Assembly (NCBI GenBank): GCA_965364455.1
Contig: CBDTXN010000001.1
Coordinates: 5,211 to 69,210 of the forward strand
Direction: 5' to 3'
DNA: 64,000 nucleotides
DNA from: an uncultured Flavobacteriaceae bacterium
Lineage (GTDB): Bacteria > Bacteroidota > Bacteroidia > Flavobacteriales > Flavobacteriaceae
Made by a program: the position numbers and the translations under genes. Under the pieces are notes generated by a model, which worked only from the letters and a program-made list of their open reading frames with translations, was not told the DNA's origin and ran no database searches. Within the stretch, counting starts at the first letter, position 1; each line of letters starts with the position of its first letter. Shown here one piece after another: positions 9,960 through 20,098 of the stretch.

Positions 9960-12900
9960 TTAAAAATTAATATTCAAATTCAGTCCAATACTTCTTAGTG
10001 ATGGTGCATTGTTCAGAGAAATCCCCTGACCTGAAAGACCAGTTCCTATAGAAGAATCGGGATCTATATCCTCAGCATCTTTATAAAAGAAGAAAAGGTT
10101 TCTTCCTATTAAACCTATAGAAGCCTGGTTTAATCCAATCTGCCCTACCATATCTGAAGGGAATCTATAATTTAAGGCAAATTCTCTTAATCTCACATTA
10201 GTTTGATCATAAATATAGTTGGAGGTAATGCCAGAATAGCTTCCCCAATATTCCTGAGCTGTAATAGACTCTGTGTTCTGGGCTCCAGTTCCTTCATTGA
10301 TGGCATCTACCACAACTCCTTCACCTCTGTATTGAAGTGTTCTTTCTGAAACCCCTGCTCCATCTAGATAAGTTGAAGTAGCAGAGTAAATTTCTCCACC
10401 AAATCTACCATCCACTAATAACCTTAGACTCCAGTTATTTAAAGTGAATGTGTTTGAGAAACCACCTATCCAGTCTGGCTGTGCATTTCCAAGTTTTTCA
10501 ACTTCACCTGCCAGTGGAAATCCTTCTGCATTTACAAGTCTTTCCCCATTTTCATTGGTTTTCCAGGTAGTTCCATATAAGTCACCAATTCCACCTCCTA
10601 CACTTGCTCTCACAGAAAAGTTTCCAAGAGTATTCAATGGTAAGGTTTCCAGTCCATCTATTAATGCGATTAGTTCGTTCTCATTGGTTGAGAAGTTAAG
10701 TGCAGATTCCCATTTAAAGTTTTCTGTACGAATTGGAGTACCTCCAATAACTGCTTCGAAACCTTTATTTCTAACTTCTCCTACGTTTTCCTTAAAGAAG
10801 GTAAAACCTGTTCCCGGCGGTACCGGTACATTATAGATCATATCTGTTGTTCTAATAGAGTAGTACGAGAAATCTCCATAGAATCTATTAGCAAACATAT
10901 TGAATTCAAGACCTACTTCAGATGATTGTACGCTTTCTGGTTTAAGGTCCGGATTTAATCTAACCTCCGGTCCATTTAGAACCGTTAGACCAAGGTATCC
11001 CTGTGTAGGCACACTGAAAGTTTGAAATAATTGGTATGGCCCGGTATCGTTACCAACATCAGCCCAACTTCCTCTTAATTTCAGCATATTCAGCCAGTCT
11101 TTATCAGGATCGATATAACGATCTACAAGCACAGATAAACTGGCAGATGGATAGAAATAAGAACGGTTATCTTCAGCTAAAGTTGAAGACCAGTCGTTTC
11201 TTCCCGTTAGATCCAGGTATAGAAAATCATCGAAAGAAAGACTTAACTGCCCATACAATGAATTAACCTTCTTGATCTGAAGTGGATTATGAGTACTTGT
11301 CTGGATATTCGTGTTGCTAAGGAAAACTCTCGAAGGTAAACGAAAATCCTGTCCCCTTACGATCACCCCTTCAGAGGTTCTTTTGGATAAGTTACCTCCA
11401 AAATTAGCTACAAGGTTAAACTTATCTGTAATATCCTTATTAGCGGTGAAAAGGAAATCCCCATTGATCTCTGTATTCTTGAATGTTCCGTAGTTCAATC
11501 TACCGGTGTAGAAGAAATGATGCCCGTAATTCTGAACATATTCTGTTCTGGAATTGGTCACATCCCCTCCAACTCTTGCGAAAAGAGATAACCAATCGTT
11601 GAATTCGTATGTTAATTTAGTGAATCCGATGAATCTGTCTCTTCTTTCATCATTGCTATCTTCATTTAGCATCCAGTATGGGTTACCAATACTTTTATTT
11701 TGTCCGGCATAACTAATAGCCGCATATTCATCGGGGAACATTGAAGGATTTTCCCATAGTGAAGGCTTGTATTTTCTAAGATCAGAAGTCCTAACATTTC
11801 TAGGAGTTCTATATACGAAAGCCAAAACACCTTCAGTTCCCAGGTTAACCCTATTATTAAGGTCCTGAGTAAAATAGGTGGCTTTACTATCTATATGAAA
11901 TTTATCAGAAAGGTCTACCAGGGCTCTCAGGTTAAAGTTATGACTTTGTAGATCTGAGTTTGGCAACACTGCACTGGTATTGTTATTCGTATAAGAAAAA
12001 CGTGTACTGAAATTTTCTCCTCCTTTATCTATCGCTACTGTATTGATAGATTGTAGGCCGGTTTCAAAAAAGTCATCTATATTATTAGACTGAGCTTCAT
12101 ATGGACGCTGCTCTCCAGTATAATAAAGTTGGCTGGAACCATCAAATCTTGGTCCCCAGGAAGAACCTCCGAAGTTTTCAAGATCGGCGTAAAACGCGCC
12201 ATTGGTTCCCTGACCATATTCATTCTGAAATTCTGGAAGAAACATTGGGTTCTCAAAAACAACATTTGAGTTAATAGAAACACCAAGACCTCTACCTCTT
12301 GTTCCTTTTTTTGTGGTAATAAGAATTACACCACTAGCGGCACGTGCACCATAAAGTGCAGCTGCGTTTGGTCCTTTCAACACCGAAATAGACTCGATAT
12401 CAGAAGGGTTAATATCTGTAATACCTCCTCCAGTTACGGTACTATTGAAGATACTACCTCCCGATTCATTCCCGGAAGCATCGATTGGAATACCATCTAC
12501 AACTATTAAGGCCTGATTGTTACCGGTAAGCGTATTGTTACCACGAATGGTGATCCTGGAACCAGATCCTACCCCACTGGACTGGTTAACTACCAATCCC
12601 GGAACTTTACCTACAAGCGAGTTGGCAACGTTATAATCCTTTACCTCATTTACTTCTTCAGATTGAAGTTCGGTCACGGCATAACCAAGTGATTTCTTTT
12701 CTCTGGTAAGTCCCAGGGATGTAACAACTACTTCGTCCAGCGCCTCTGCGTCTACAGACATTACCACGTCTAAGGTGGTTCTGCCGTCTAGAGCAATTTC
12801 CTGACTTCCGTATCCTATCATCGAAAATACAAAGACAGCATCCGGGGAAGCTTCTATAGTATAATTACCATCAAAATCGGTAACCGAACCATTACCGGTT

Positions 12901-13043
12901 CCTTTTTCAACAATAGTAACACCCATAAGCGGTAAACCGCTCTCACCATCTGTAACATTCCCTGTTACAACCTGTTCCTGGGCAACAATGCTTTGAAAAA
13001 ATAAAAACATTGCAGCCAGCATGTAAGGTAATTTTTTGACCAT
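9960..13043 (-). CDS. SusC/RagA-family TonB-dependent transporter
   Basis: Signature DIESISVLKGPNAAALYGARAASGVILITTKKG; RNDWSSTL; C-terminal Phe; 1027 aa. Confidence 0.95.
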   Translation of the reverse strand: MVKKLPYMLAAMFLFFQSIVAQEQVVTGNVTDGESGLPLMGVTIVEKGTGNGSVTDFDGNYTIEASPDAVFVFSMIGYGSQEIALDGRTTLDVVMSVDAEALDEVVVTSLGLTREKKSLGYAVTELQSEEVNEVKDYNVANSLVGKVPGLVVNQSSGVGSGSRITIRGNNTLTGNNQALIVVDGIPIDASGNESGGSIFNSTVTGGGITDINPSDIESISVLKGPNAAALYGARAASGVILITTKKGTRGRGLGVSINSNVVFENPMFLPEFQNEYGQGTNGAFYADLENFGGSSWGPRFDGSSQLYYTGEQRPYEAQSNNIDDFFETGLQSINTVAIDKGGENFSTRFSYTNNNTSAVLPNSDLQSHNFNLRALVDLSDKFHIDSKATYFTQDLNNRVNLGTEGVLAFVYRTPRNVRTSDLRKYKPSLWENPSMFPDEYAAISYAGQNKSIGNPYWMLNEDSNDERRDRFIGFTKLTYEFNDWLSLFARVGGDVTNSRTEYVQNYGHHFFYTGRLNYGTFKNTEINGDFLFTANKDITDKFNLVANFGGNLSKRTSEGVIVRGQDFRLPSRVFLSNTNIQTSTHNPLQIKKVNSLYGQLSLSFDDFLYLDLTGRNDWSSTLAEDNRSYFYPSASLSVLVDRYIDPDKDWLNMLKLRGSWADVGNDTGPYQLFQTFSVPTQGYLGLTVLNGPEVRLNPDLKPESVQSSEVGLEFNMFANRFYGDFSYYSIRTTDMIYNVPVPPGTGFTFFKENVGEVRNKGFEAVIGGTPIRTENFKWESALNFSTNENELIALIDGLETLPLNTLGNFSVRASVGGGIGDLYGTTWKTNENGERLVNAEGFPLAGEVEKLGNAQPDWIGGFSNTFTLNNWSLRLLVDGRFGGEIYSATSTYLDGAGVSERTLQYRGEGVVVDAINEGTGAQNTESITAQEYWGSYSGITSNYIYDQTNVRLREFALNYRFPSDMVGQIGLNQASIGLIGRNLFFFYKDAEDIDPDSSIGTGLSGQGISLNNAPSLRSIGLNLNINF

Positions 13044-13365
13044 TGGTTTTAGTTTTTGTGATTAATTCATTTGCGATTTTACCACGCAATAAGTTTGAAT
13101 AGCTAGTTAAATTATGTTAATAATCAAAATCAATATTTTAAGATTACATAATATAATGATATCTCAAAATACAAAGTTCTCCAGTAAATTTATAATTTTC
13201 TATTAAATTAAATAAACTTTTTTAATTTTTTTATATAACTGATATTAGATATGTAAAATAATTTTACTGCTAAGTCAAACTTTGTTTAAGGAAGAATTCT
13301 TTTTGAAAAAGAAATTCATAAAATTTTTAACAATGAGAATAGGCCATTCATTTTAAGAAGATCAA

Positions 13366-14484
13366 TTATTTAGTTGCATTTAGAATCACCTTTAAATGCT
13401 CATCTTTTAGTGCACCGCCATCGAATAGAGCAATACCAAGAGCACCATTTTCTTTCGCCTGGTCTATCGCCTCCAACAGGTCCTCTCCAGTCATACTAGG
13501 AATAAAAACTCCTGAATGTAGTTCTGTGTTTTTTCCCTCCAGGTCACTTACTCCCTGCTTTGTTGCAAAACCTATCCAATCTATATCTTCATTATAGAAA
13601 TTATGATATATCATAGGTAATACGGCATCGATTTCCCATTTGTCCCAGCGTTGCCGAACCATATGATCGGCCATTTCAGGATAAGGGAACACGGCGGCAG
13701 TTAAATTTTTTCCATTTCTATGAACGATGTCATATGCTTCATCAACCACAGATTTAATTTTATTTAATCGGAATTGCTTCCATTCCATATCGATTGCTGG
13801 ATTTTCCATTTCACGTGGGTCCTTTCCATGGATCTTTTCAAATTCAGCCACGCATTCATCGCAGTAGCAGAAATCGAATTCCGGAAGTTCCTCTTCCTGT
13901 TCAAGGTCATATTTAGGAAGAAGACCAATGGGAAGAAAAATATCAGGTAACCTTATATAGTCAAGATGTACGCTCTCAACCCCTCCTACTTCAGAAAGAC
14001 CTTCAACGAGACCAAGAACATGCTCACGGGATTCTTTGCGTGTAGGGCATAACCATTGGTAATAATCTACATAAGGCCTAGTGTCGTGAGTAGATTTTCC
14101 GTCTCTGCTTACAGCGTACCATTCTGGATGCTCCAGGGCAATACTATCCCCGGGACGGTTCATTGCCATGATCCAGGCGTGTACTTCCAGTCCTTCTTTT
14201 CTTGCCAACGGAGCAACTCTCGCTAATAACTCTGCATCTGTATTGGTATTAATCAAAACAGCCTCAATTCCATTTTCAGCATATTTTTTATACTCGGCGG
14301 TGTAAGAAGAGTCTGTGCGCTCATTATTGGCACCTGTCCAAACCCAGAATTTAAAATCGTTTTCTTTTATTTTTTCGACCTCAGCAGGATCAGTGATCTG
14401 TTCTTTTGGATTCTCAGAATTTTCACCGCAGGAAAATAAAGTAAGTGAAAAAACTAAAATCAGGAGTTTTGAAAGCTTCATCAT
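13366..14484 (-). CDS. Putative GHL10-like TIM-barrel glycoside hydrolase, lipoprotein
   Basis: Lipobox LFSC; GLEVHAWI, HPEWYAV, WLCP, SVHLDYIR, VRQRW, PMIYH. Confidence 0.7.
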   Translation of the reverse strand: MMKLSKLLILVFSLTLFSCGENSENPKEQITDPAEVEKIKENDFKFWVWTGANNERTDSSYTAEYKKYAENGIEAVLINTNTDAELLARVAPLARKEGLEVHAWIMAMNRPGDSIALEHPEWYAVSRDGKSTHDTRPYVDYYQWLCPTRKESREHVLGLVEGLSEVGGVESVHLDYIRLPDIFLPIGLLPKYDLEQEEELPEFDFCYCDECVAEFEKIHGKDPREMENPAIDMEWKQFRLNKIKSVVDEAYDIVHRNGKNLTAAVFPYPEMADHMVRQRWDKWEIDAVLPMIYHNFYNEDIDWIGFATKQGVSDLEGKNTELHSGVFIPSMTGEDLLEAIDQAKENGALGIALFDGGALKDEHLKVILNATK

Positions 14485-14492
14485 AGGAAAAA

Positions 14493-15545
14493 TTAGATTT
14501 TGATTAAATGACCGTCTTCTTTAATGATATATGTATTCCCTGAAAAAGGGCTTTTTATAGAAATGTTCCAACCGGTAGTGTGATTTTCCAAAACCGGGTT
14601 TAAGGTCTGTCCGTTTACAACCAAACTTTCTTCCTGAAGGTCCTTCATTTCCCGGGCCCACTCACCTTGCTTCTTTTTAAATGCTTTTTGTTCCCTGTAA
14701 AGTTTAAAAAGTGTCCACTTTATCCTTTCATCAAGAGGAATTTTGAATCCATCTTTTTCTCCCGCATTTTTTGATGAAAAATATACGTAACCCCAATGCT
14801 CAGGTTCGTGCATATTAATTACTCCCTGAGGAGACCAAACCCAGTTATATTCAGGCAGAAATTTGCCATTTGCATCCTTCTTCCTGGAATAGGTTGTTCC
14901 GTTGAGATCAAAATCCCAGTTCACCCTGGAGAAATTGATACGCCAGAATTTATCTTCGTGGCCGTTCCCAAACACATTGGCCTCTTCCAATACTTCCCAG
15001 GGAATGGCAACTTCAACACTCCAGTATTCATCTTTATCTGAAGGATCGTTCAAAGAACCTTCAATATGCACAGCAGATCTAAGACCTTTAATATCCCAGT
15101 TGTCAATTATAGGTGAAGGTTCACGGTAGGGCTTTACAATAAAAAGGTCCCAAACAGTATTAAGGGCATTCATTTCAAATTCCAGGTAATTATGGGAATC
15201 ACCATCTGGATCTATAAAGATCTCGAAGTCGTTATCGTAAAAAATTACCGTATCCCTTTGCTTTAAGGTCGCCCAGATATGAGGCTCCTCCATCTTAGCG
15301 TAAAAATATAGGTATTTGTCATCCCAAAGCATTTTGACATTGGTTTGATACTTAGGTGTTTTCTCACCCTCTATATCTATAAAATCTGAGCTGAACTGTA
15401 CATTTTTCCAGGAGCCTTCGCTGGCTATACCATCAATATTAATTGGGTCTATGCTGCGATAAGCCACATAACTTCCAGGTTCATTTTGAGCAAAAATGAA
15501 GGCCAGGTTTAAAACAAATGCGTAAAGAAGAAAAGTTTTCTTCAT
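14493..15545 (-). CDS. Carbohydrate-binding family 9-like (CBM9/DOMON-like) secreted protein
   Basis: Signal peptide; IDG...W, KMLWDDKYLY, DNDFEIFIDPDGD, WSVEVAIPW, WRINFSRV. Confidence 0.75.
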   Translation of the reverse strand: MKKTFLLYAFVLNLAFIFAQNEPGSYVAYRSIDPINIDGIASEGSWKNVQFSSDFIDIEGEKTPKYQTNVKMLWDDKYLYFYAKMEEPHIWATLKQRDTVIFYDNDFEIFIDPDGDSHNYLEFEMNALNTVWDLFIVKPYREPSPIIDNWDIKGLRSAVHIEGSLNDPSDKDEYWSVEVAIPWEVLEEANVFGNGHEDKFWRINFSRVNWDFDLNGTTYSRKKDANGKFLPEYNWVWSPQGVINMHEPEHWGYVYFSSKNAGEKDGFKIPLDERIKWTLFKLYREQKAFKKKQGEWAREMKDLQEESLVVNGQTLNPVLENHTTGWNISIKSPFSGNTYIIKEDGHLIKI

Positions 15546-15606
15546 CTTTAAATATTGAATTTTGGAAAATGAATTTATTTCCTTACCTCAGCTAAACCCT
15601 ACCGCA

Positions 15607-16428
15607 CTATTTATTCCCCTGATAATTTTTAAGCACATTACGAACACTACCGTGTTTCATAAGTAAACGACCGGCTTCCTCTTCCTCCAGGCCAAGCTCT
15701 TCCATGATCATTCGGGTACCACGACCGACCAGCTTTACATTAGAAAGCTGCATATCTACCATCTTATTTCCCTTCACTCTTCCCAGCTTAATCATAACCG
15801 AGGTGGAGATCATATTTAAAACAAGTTTCTGAGCAGTGCCCGCCTTCATCCTGGTACTTCCTGTAACAAATTCAGGTCCTGTTACCACTTCAATTGGATA
15901 TTCTGAAGCTTCAGCCAATGGACTTCCAGAACTGCAGGTAATACAGCCGGTTATAATTCCATTCTTCCGGCAATCTTTAATTCCGCCAATTACATAAGGA
16001 GTAGTCCCCGACGCAGCAATCCCGATTACCACATCATTTTTAGAAATATCATATTCCTGAAGATCATTCCAGGCCTGGTTGGTATCATCCTCAGCATTCT
16101 CAACCGCATTCCTTAGAGCAGTATCTCCTCCAGCTATAAGTCCGATCACAATTCCTGGGCTAACCCCAAAGGTTGGTGGGCATTCTGAAGCATCAAGCAC
16201 ACCAAGCCTACCGCTGGTTCCTGCGCCTATGTAGAACAATCTCCCACCAGATTTTATCTTGGGAACAATAATATCTACCAGTTTTTCTATATATGTAATC
16301 TGTTTCTTAACATTACCAGCTACAGATTGATCTTCCTTATTAATATTTGAAAGCAATTCCAGTGTGTTCATCTTTTCCAGATGATCATAATTTGATACTT
16401 TCTCTGTATCGGGATTCTTTTTATTCAT
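15607..16428 (-). CDS. murQ: N-acetylmuramic acid 6-phosphate etherase
   Basis: GAGTSGRLGVLDASECPPTFG, GIAASGTTPYV, GPEFVTGSTRMKAGTAQKLVLNMIST, GNKMVD. The likely ATG is at 16428, overlapping the GH20 stop. Confidence 0.95.
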   Translation of the reverse strand: MNKKNPDTEKVSNYDHLEKMNTLELLSNINKEDQSVAGNVKKQITYIEKLVDIIVPKIKSGGRLFYIGAGTSGRLGVLDASECPPTFGVSPGIVIGLIAGGDTALRNAVENAEDDTNQAWNDLQEYDISKNDVVIGIAASGTTPYVIGGIKDCRKNGIITGCITCSSGSPLAEASEYPIEVVTGPEFVTGSTRMKAGTAQKLVLNMISTSVMIKLGRVKGNKMVDMQLSNVKLVGRGTRMIMEELGLEEEEAGRLLMKHGSVRNVLKNYQGNK

Positions 16429-18043
16429 CTTCTTCATTTGAAAGTTTTTCAGAGAAAATTCCTTTTTCTCCAATCGTTTTCCATTTTACTTCAGGACTTT
16501 TAAAGTAATTAATTCCAAGTTGATCAAGTCTTAGCCCATGCTCAGCCACCCGGTTGGTAAAATCCTGAAAGTTCCTACCAGAAGACTGCGTCCATCCAAT
16601 TTCAGCAGCAGCGATACTTCTTGGCCATAGCCTGTCATCGGCGCGGTCATCACTAATTACCAGTTCACTCCAAACAGGTGCTTCCACACCAATTACACGC
16701 TCATCATCAGAACTGTAACTATATACTGTCTCGAGACTTAAGCCTTCTTTACGACACCATTTATAAGTATTTTCCTGGTCTGTTACATTACCATGATCAA
16801 GATAAAAGAACTTGCAGAAAGAGTCGATAATTGGTTGATCTTCTCCAATGGTTGTCTCACCATTCCATCTTTGCACAATAAAATTGTCGCTAAGTTCTGC
16901 CTTGGCACTTTCTTCCCAGCCTATTCCGGTTTTTCCATGTTTTCTAACGATAGCATCAGCTTTTTGGATGAATTCCTCGTAAAGGGGATCTTCTATTTCA
17001 TCACCTCCAATATGGATCCACTTCCCGGTGGTGATATCAGATAACTCTTTAATGATCTTATCTACGAATTCATAGGTTTTTTCATCCTCAAGGCATAATC
17101 TGGTCCATCCTACATTATAACCGTCATATAGATTTGGCGGTTCAGCTCTTTTAGGCTCAATATTGGCGTTATTCTCACAGTTAAGTTCAGGATAAGATGC
17201 TAAAGCCGCATAGACATGACCCGGCATATCAATTTCCGGAATGATCACGATGTTACGTTCAGCAGCATATTCCTGAAGCTCCAGAAATTCCTTTTGAGTT
17301 AAATATCCAGATCGGCCATTTTTAACAGCACTATTTCCTCCTATTTCGGTAAGTTTTGGATACCCCTTTATTTCAATTCTCCAGCCCTGGTCATCGCTTA
17401 AATGAAGATGTAAACGGTTCATTTTATAGAGGGCCATTCTATCGATATGCTTTTTAATGTAATCTTTGGAAAGAAAACTTCTGGCAATATCAAGCATACT
17501 ACCCCTCCATGAATATTTCGGACTATCTGTGATTTCCACAGTTCTAAGTTCAATTTTTGAAGAATATCCACCAGTTTCAATTTCCGGAGGAAAAAATTGT
17601 CTTAAAGTCTGGATTCCATAGAACATACCTGCTTTGGTAGCACTTTTTAAACTCACTCCGGAAGTATTTATCTCTAGTTGATACCCTTCTTCTCCGAGCT
17701 CCGCTTTAAGATCAGGTTCAATAGAAAGTTTCCAGTTCCCGCAATTTCCACCATCCTTAACTTCAACATTTACCCCTGCTCCGTTTACTAATTTCTTTAC
17801 CCATTTAGCTGAATTCTTAGCTTCATTGTTGTAGCAAATAATGTTATTTTCCGGGATCTGATAAGTGGTTGACCCCCATTTTACATTCTGAGGCATGGGA
17901 ATGATTGCCGGCACTTCATTATAATCTGTTTGCTCAGGATGTACCTGCATTCCAAAACCGGAAAAAGTGACCAACAGTATTAATCCAATACAGAATGAAT
18001 ATTTAATAAGATTTGAACTCATAGATTGAAAATTATTTTTCAT
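16421..18043 (-). CDS. GH20 beta-N-acetylhexosaminidase
   Basis: RGSMLDIAR, HLHLSDDQGWR, IPEIDMPGH, catalytic HIGGDE, WSE, LWPR. Confidence 0.92.
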   Translation of the reverse strand: MKNNFQSMSSNLIKYSFCIGLILLVTFSGFGMQVHPEQTDYNEVPAIIPMPQNVKWGSTTYQIPENNIICYNNEAKNSAKWVKKLVNGAGVNVEVKDGGNCGNWKLSIEPDLKAELGEEGYQLEINTSGVSLKSATKAGMFYGIQTLRQFFPPEIETGGYSSKIELRTVEITDSPKYSWRGSMLDIARSFLSKDYIKKHIDRMALYKMNRLHLHLSDDQGWRIEIKGYPKLTEIGGNSAVKNGRSGYLTQKEFLELQEYAAERNIVIIPEIDMPGHVYAALASYPELNCENNANIEPKRAEPPNLYDGYNVGWTRLCLEDEKTYEFVDKIIKELSDITTGKWIHIGGDEIEDPLYEEFIQKADAIVRKHGKTGIGWEESAKAELSDNFIVQRWNGETTIGEDQPIIDSFCKFFYLDHGNVTDQENTYKWCRKEGLSLETVYSYSSDDERVIGVEAPVWSELVISDDRADDRLWPRSIAAAEIGWTQSSGRNFQDFTNRVAEHGLRLDQLGINYFKSPEVKWKTIGEKGIFSEKLSNEEDE

Positions 18044-18797
18044 ATCGTTTATCCAGGTCTAATTCTGAGATCTCCAGAATAAGATTTGCCAATTGAAGGG
18101 ATACCGCTTTAAAAAAACGTTCCCCCTTATCGGCGTTTGCTTTTTTAGGATTTCCTATCCCTGTATCTTCAGTAACCATAGACCATTGCCTTTCTGCCCA
18201 GGCCCAACCTTCTTTAATTCCGGTAATGTTAGATTTCTTTTCCCTGCCATCTCCTGCCTCAGTCAAATCTGAAACCAGGTCTGCACGAAGATGTAACATA
18301 AGACTTGTTTCCATTTCATCTGCATGGTCTCCCTCCTCTTCAAAGAATTCAGATTTATCTGTAGTTTGAAAGAAATTTGAAGTAACCAGGAACATTTTTG
18401 GAAACTTATATCCTATTTCCCTGAGGATAGGTTTGAAATTATTTCCGCCATGCCCATTTAAAAGAATGAACTTATAGATCCCTTGCCGATTAAGAACCTC
18501 AATAATATCGGTTAAAATGGCCAGTTGTGTACTCGGAAGCAAATTAATGTCAAGTTTAATATCTGCCTGCCCGGTATTCACTCCAAAAGGAATATTAGGC
18601 ATGATCTTCGCCTTTGCTCCTTTTTCAAAAGCTATTTTACCAGCTTCAGCAGCAATTGCTTCAATTTGAAAATTATCGGTTCCATAAGGAAGGTGATAAT
18701 TATGAGCTTCGGTTGCCCCCCAGGTAAGGACAGCTACCTCAATTTCTTCCTCCCTTATAGTTTTCCAGTTATTTTCAGCCAGAATATATGGTCTCAT
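18033..18797 (-). CDS. Creatininase-family metal-dependent amidohydrolase
   Basis: GATEAHNYHLPYGTD, LNGHGGN, DHADEMETS, TGIGNP..A..KG. Confidence 0.88.
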   Translation of the reverse strand: MRPYILAENNWKTIREEEIEVAVLTWGATEAHNYHLPYGTDNFQIEAIAAEAGKIAFEKGAKAKIMPNIPFGVNTGQADIKLDINLLPSTQLAILTDIIEVLNRQGIYKFILLNGHGGNNFKPILREIGYKFPKMFLVTSNFFQTTDKSEFFEEEGDHADEMETSLMLHLRADLVSDLTEAGDGREKKSNITGIKEGWAWAERQWSMVTEDTGIGNPKKANADKGERFFKAVSLQLANLILEISELDLDKRYEK

Positions 18798-20080
18798 GGT
18801 TTTCTGATTTTATATCCTAATACTGCAAAATACAGAATGAATAAATAGCATGGGATCATTACCCAATAGGCATCCTGTGGATTCCAGCTTTCAGCTAAAG
18901 CTCCATAGGCCAAAGGAATTATTGCACCACCAGCAATTCCCATTACTAGTAGTGACGAGGCTGCTTTGGTAAATCTACCCACATCGGCAAGCGCCATGGG
19001 CCAGATGGCTGGCCACATCAATGAATTTGCAAGACCTAATAAGGCAATAAAGGCAAGTGATACATAGCCTTCAGTGAAAATTGCAAGGATCGAAAATATT
19101 ATTCCCAGCACAGCTGAAACTCTCAAGGCATTTTCCTGAGAAATGAATTTCGGGATGGATATGATCCCTATGATATAACCAACCACCATGGCCACCATGG
19201 TTCCGGTTGCGAAATATTTTGCAGTAGTGAGGGCGATTCCCTGTGAAGCCCCGTAACTGATTATACTATCTGCGGCTATAACTTCTACTCCAACGTAAAG
19301 GAAAAGTGTTACTACCCCTAAAATTACATGTGGAAAATCGAAAACACTCTTCTTTCCTGCATTCGTAGATGAAAGGCTTTCGTCTTCTTCATCGGTATCT
19401 ACTTCAGGTAAGCTGGATTTATACACCCATATAGCTAAAAGCAGAAGAACGACAATAATTCCTATATATGGCGGAATTACCCTTAGCGCCATTTCATTTA
19501 GTTCATTTATTCTTTCTGCCGAAGTTAAATTGGCTATTTCAGACTGTAATTCATCAGCCTTTTCAAGTTGCAAAAAGAAGCCTATCAAAATTGGAGCAAT
19601 AGCACCGGCGAGCTTATTACAGATTCCCATGATACTTATACGCTTTGCCGCACTTTCAGCAGGGCCAACAATGGTCACGTAAGGATTGGAAGCAGTTTGA
19701 AGTATCGCCAGTCCGCTACCCATGATAAATAAACCAGTCAGGAATATGATATAAGTCCTGGTAATGGCCGCCGGAATAAAAAGTAGGGCTCCAAAGGCCA
19801 TTATCACCAGGGCTACAGACATTCCCTTCTTGAACCCTAACCAACTCAGAGTTTTGGTAGATACGGGTGCCATAACCACGTAGGCTATATAAAAGGCAAA
19901 GGTGACAAAGAAGGATTGAAATTTGGTTAGTTCACAGGCGATCTCCAGATAAGGTATCAAAAGAGAGTTTAGCCAGGTAACAAACCCGAAAATGAAAAAT
20001 AAGGCTCCTATTATTATTATAGATCGGGTTGTGTTTCCGTTGGACCTATTAGTTTTTTCTTCAGCTACTGAATATGCCAT
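18794..20080 (-). CDS. Sugar MFS transporter (FucP/GluP/NagP-like)
   Basis: LFFIFGFVTWLN, LQTASNPYV, FLYVGVEV, NSLMWPAIW; about 12 TM segments. Confidence 0.88.
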   Translation of the reverse strand: MAYSVAEEKTNRSNGNTTRSIIIIGALFFIFGFVTWLNSLLIPYLEIACELTKFQSFFVTFAFYIAYVVMAPVSTKTLSWLGFKKGMSVALVIMAFGALLFIPAAITRTYIIFLTGLFIMGSGLAILQTASNPYVTIVGPAESAAKRISIMGICNKLAGAIAPILIGFFLQLEKADELQSEIANLTSAERINELNEMALRVIPPYIGIIVVLLLLAIWVYKSSLPEVDTDEEDESLSSTNAGKKSVFDFPHVILGVVTLFLYVGVEVIAADSIISYGASQGIALTTAKYFATGTMVAMVVGYIIGIISIPKFISQENALRVSAVLGIIFSILAIFTEGYVSLAFIALLGLANSLMWPAIWPMALADVGRFTKAASSLLVMGIAGGAIIPLAYGALAESWNPQDAYWVMIPCYLFILYFAVLGYKIRKP

Positions 20081-20098
20081 ATTGTTTTGAAATGGAAT

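Noticed and set aside
16429-16473. N-terminal extensions in the ORF track (murQ; likewise gltX, rnpA, the M23 gene, the MBL gene, holB)
   Set aside because: They overlap upstream genes or promoter elements, and downstream ATGs fit the family N-termini better.
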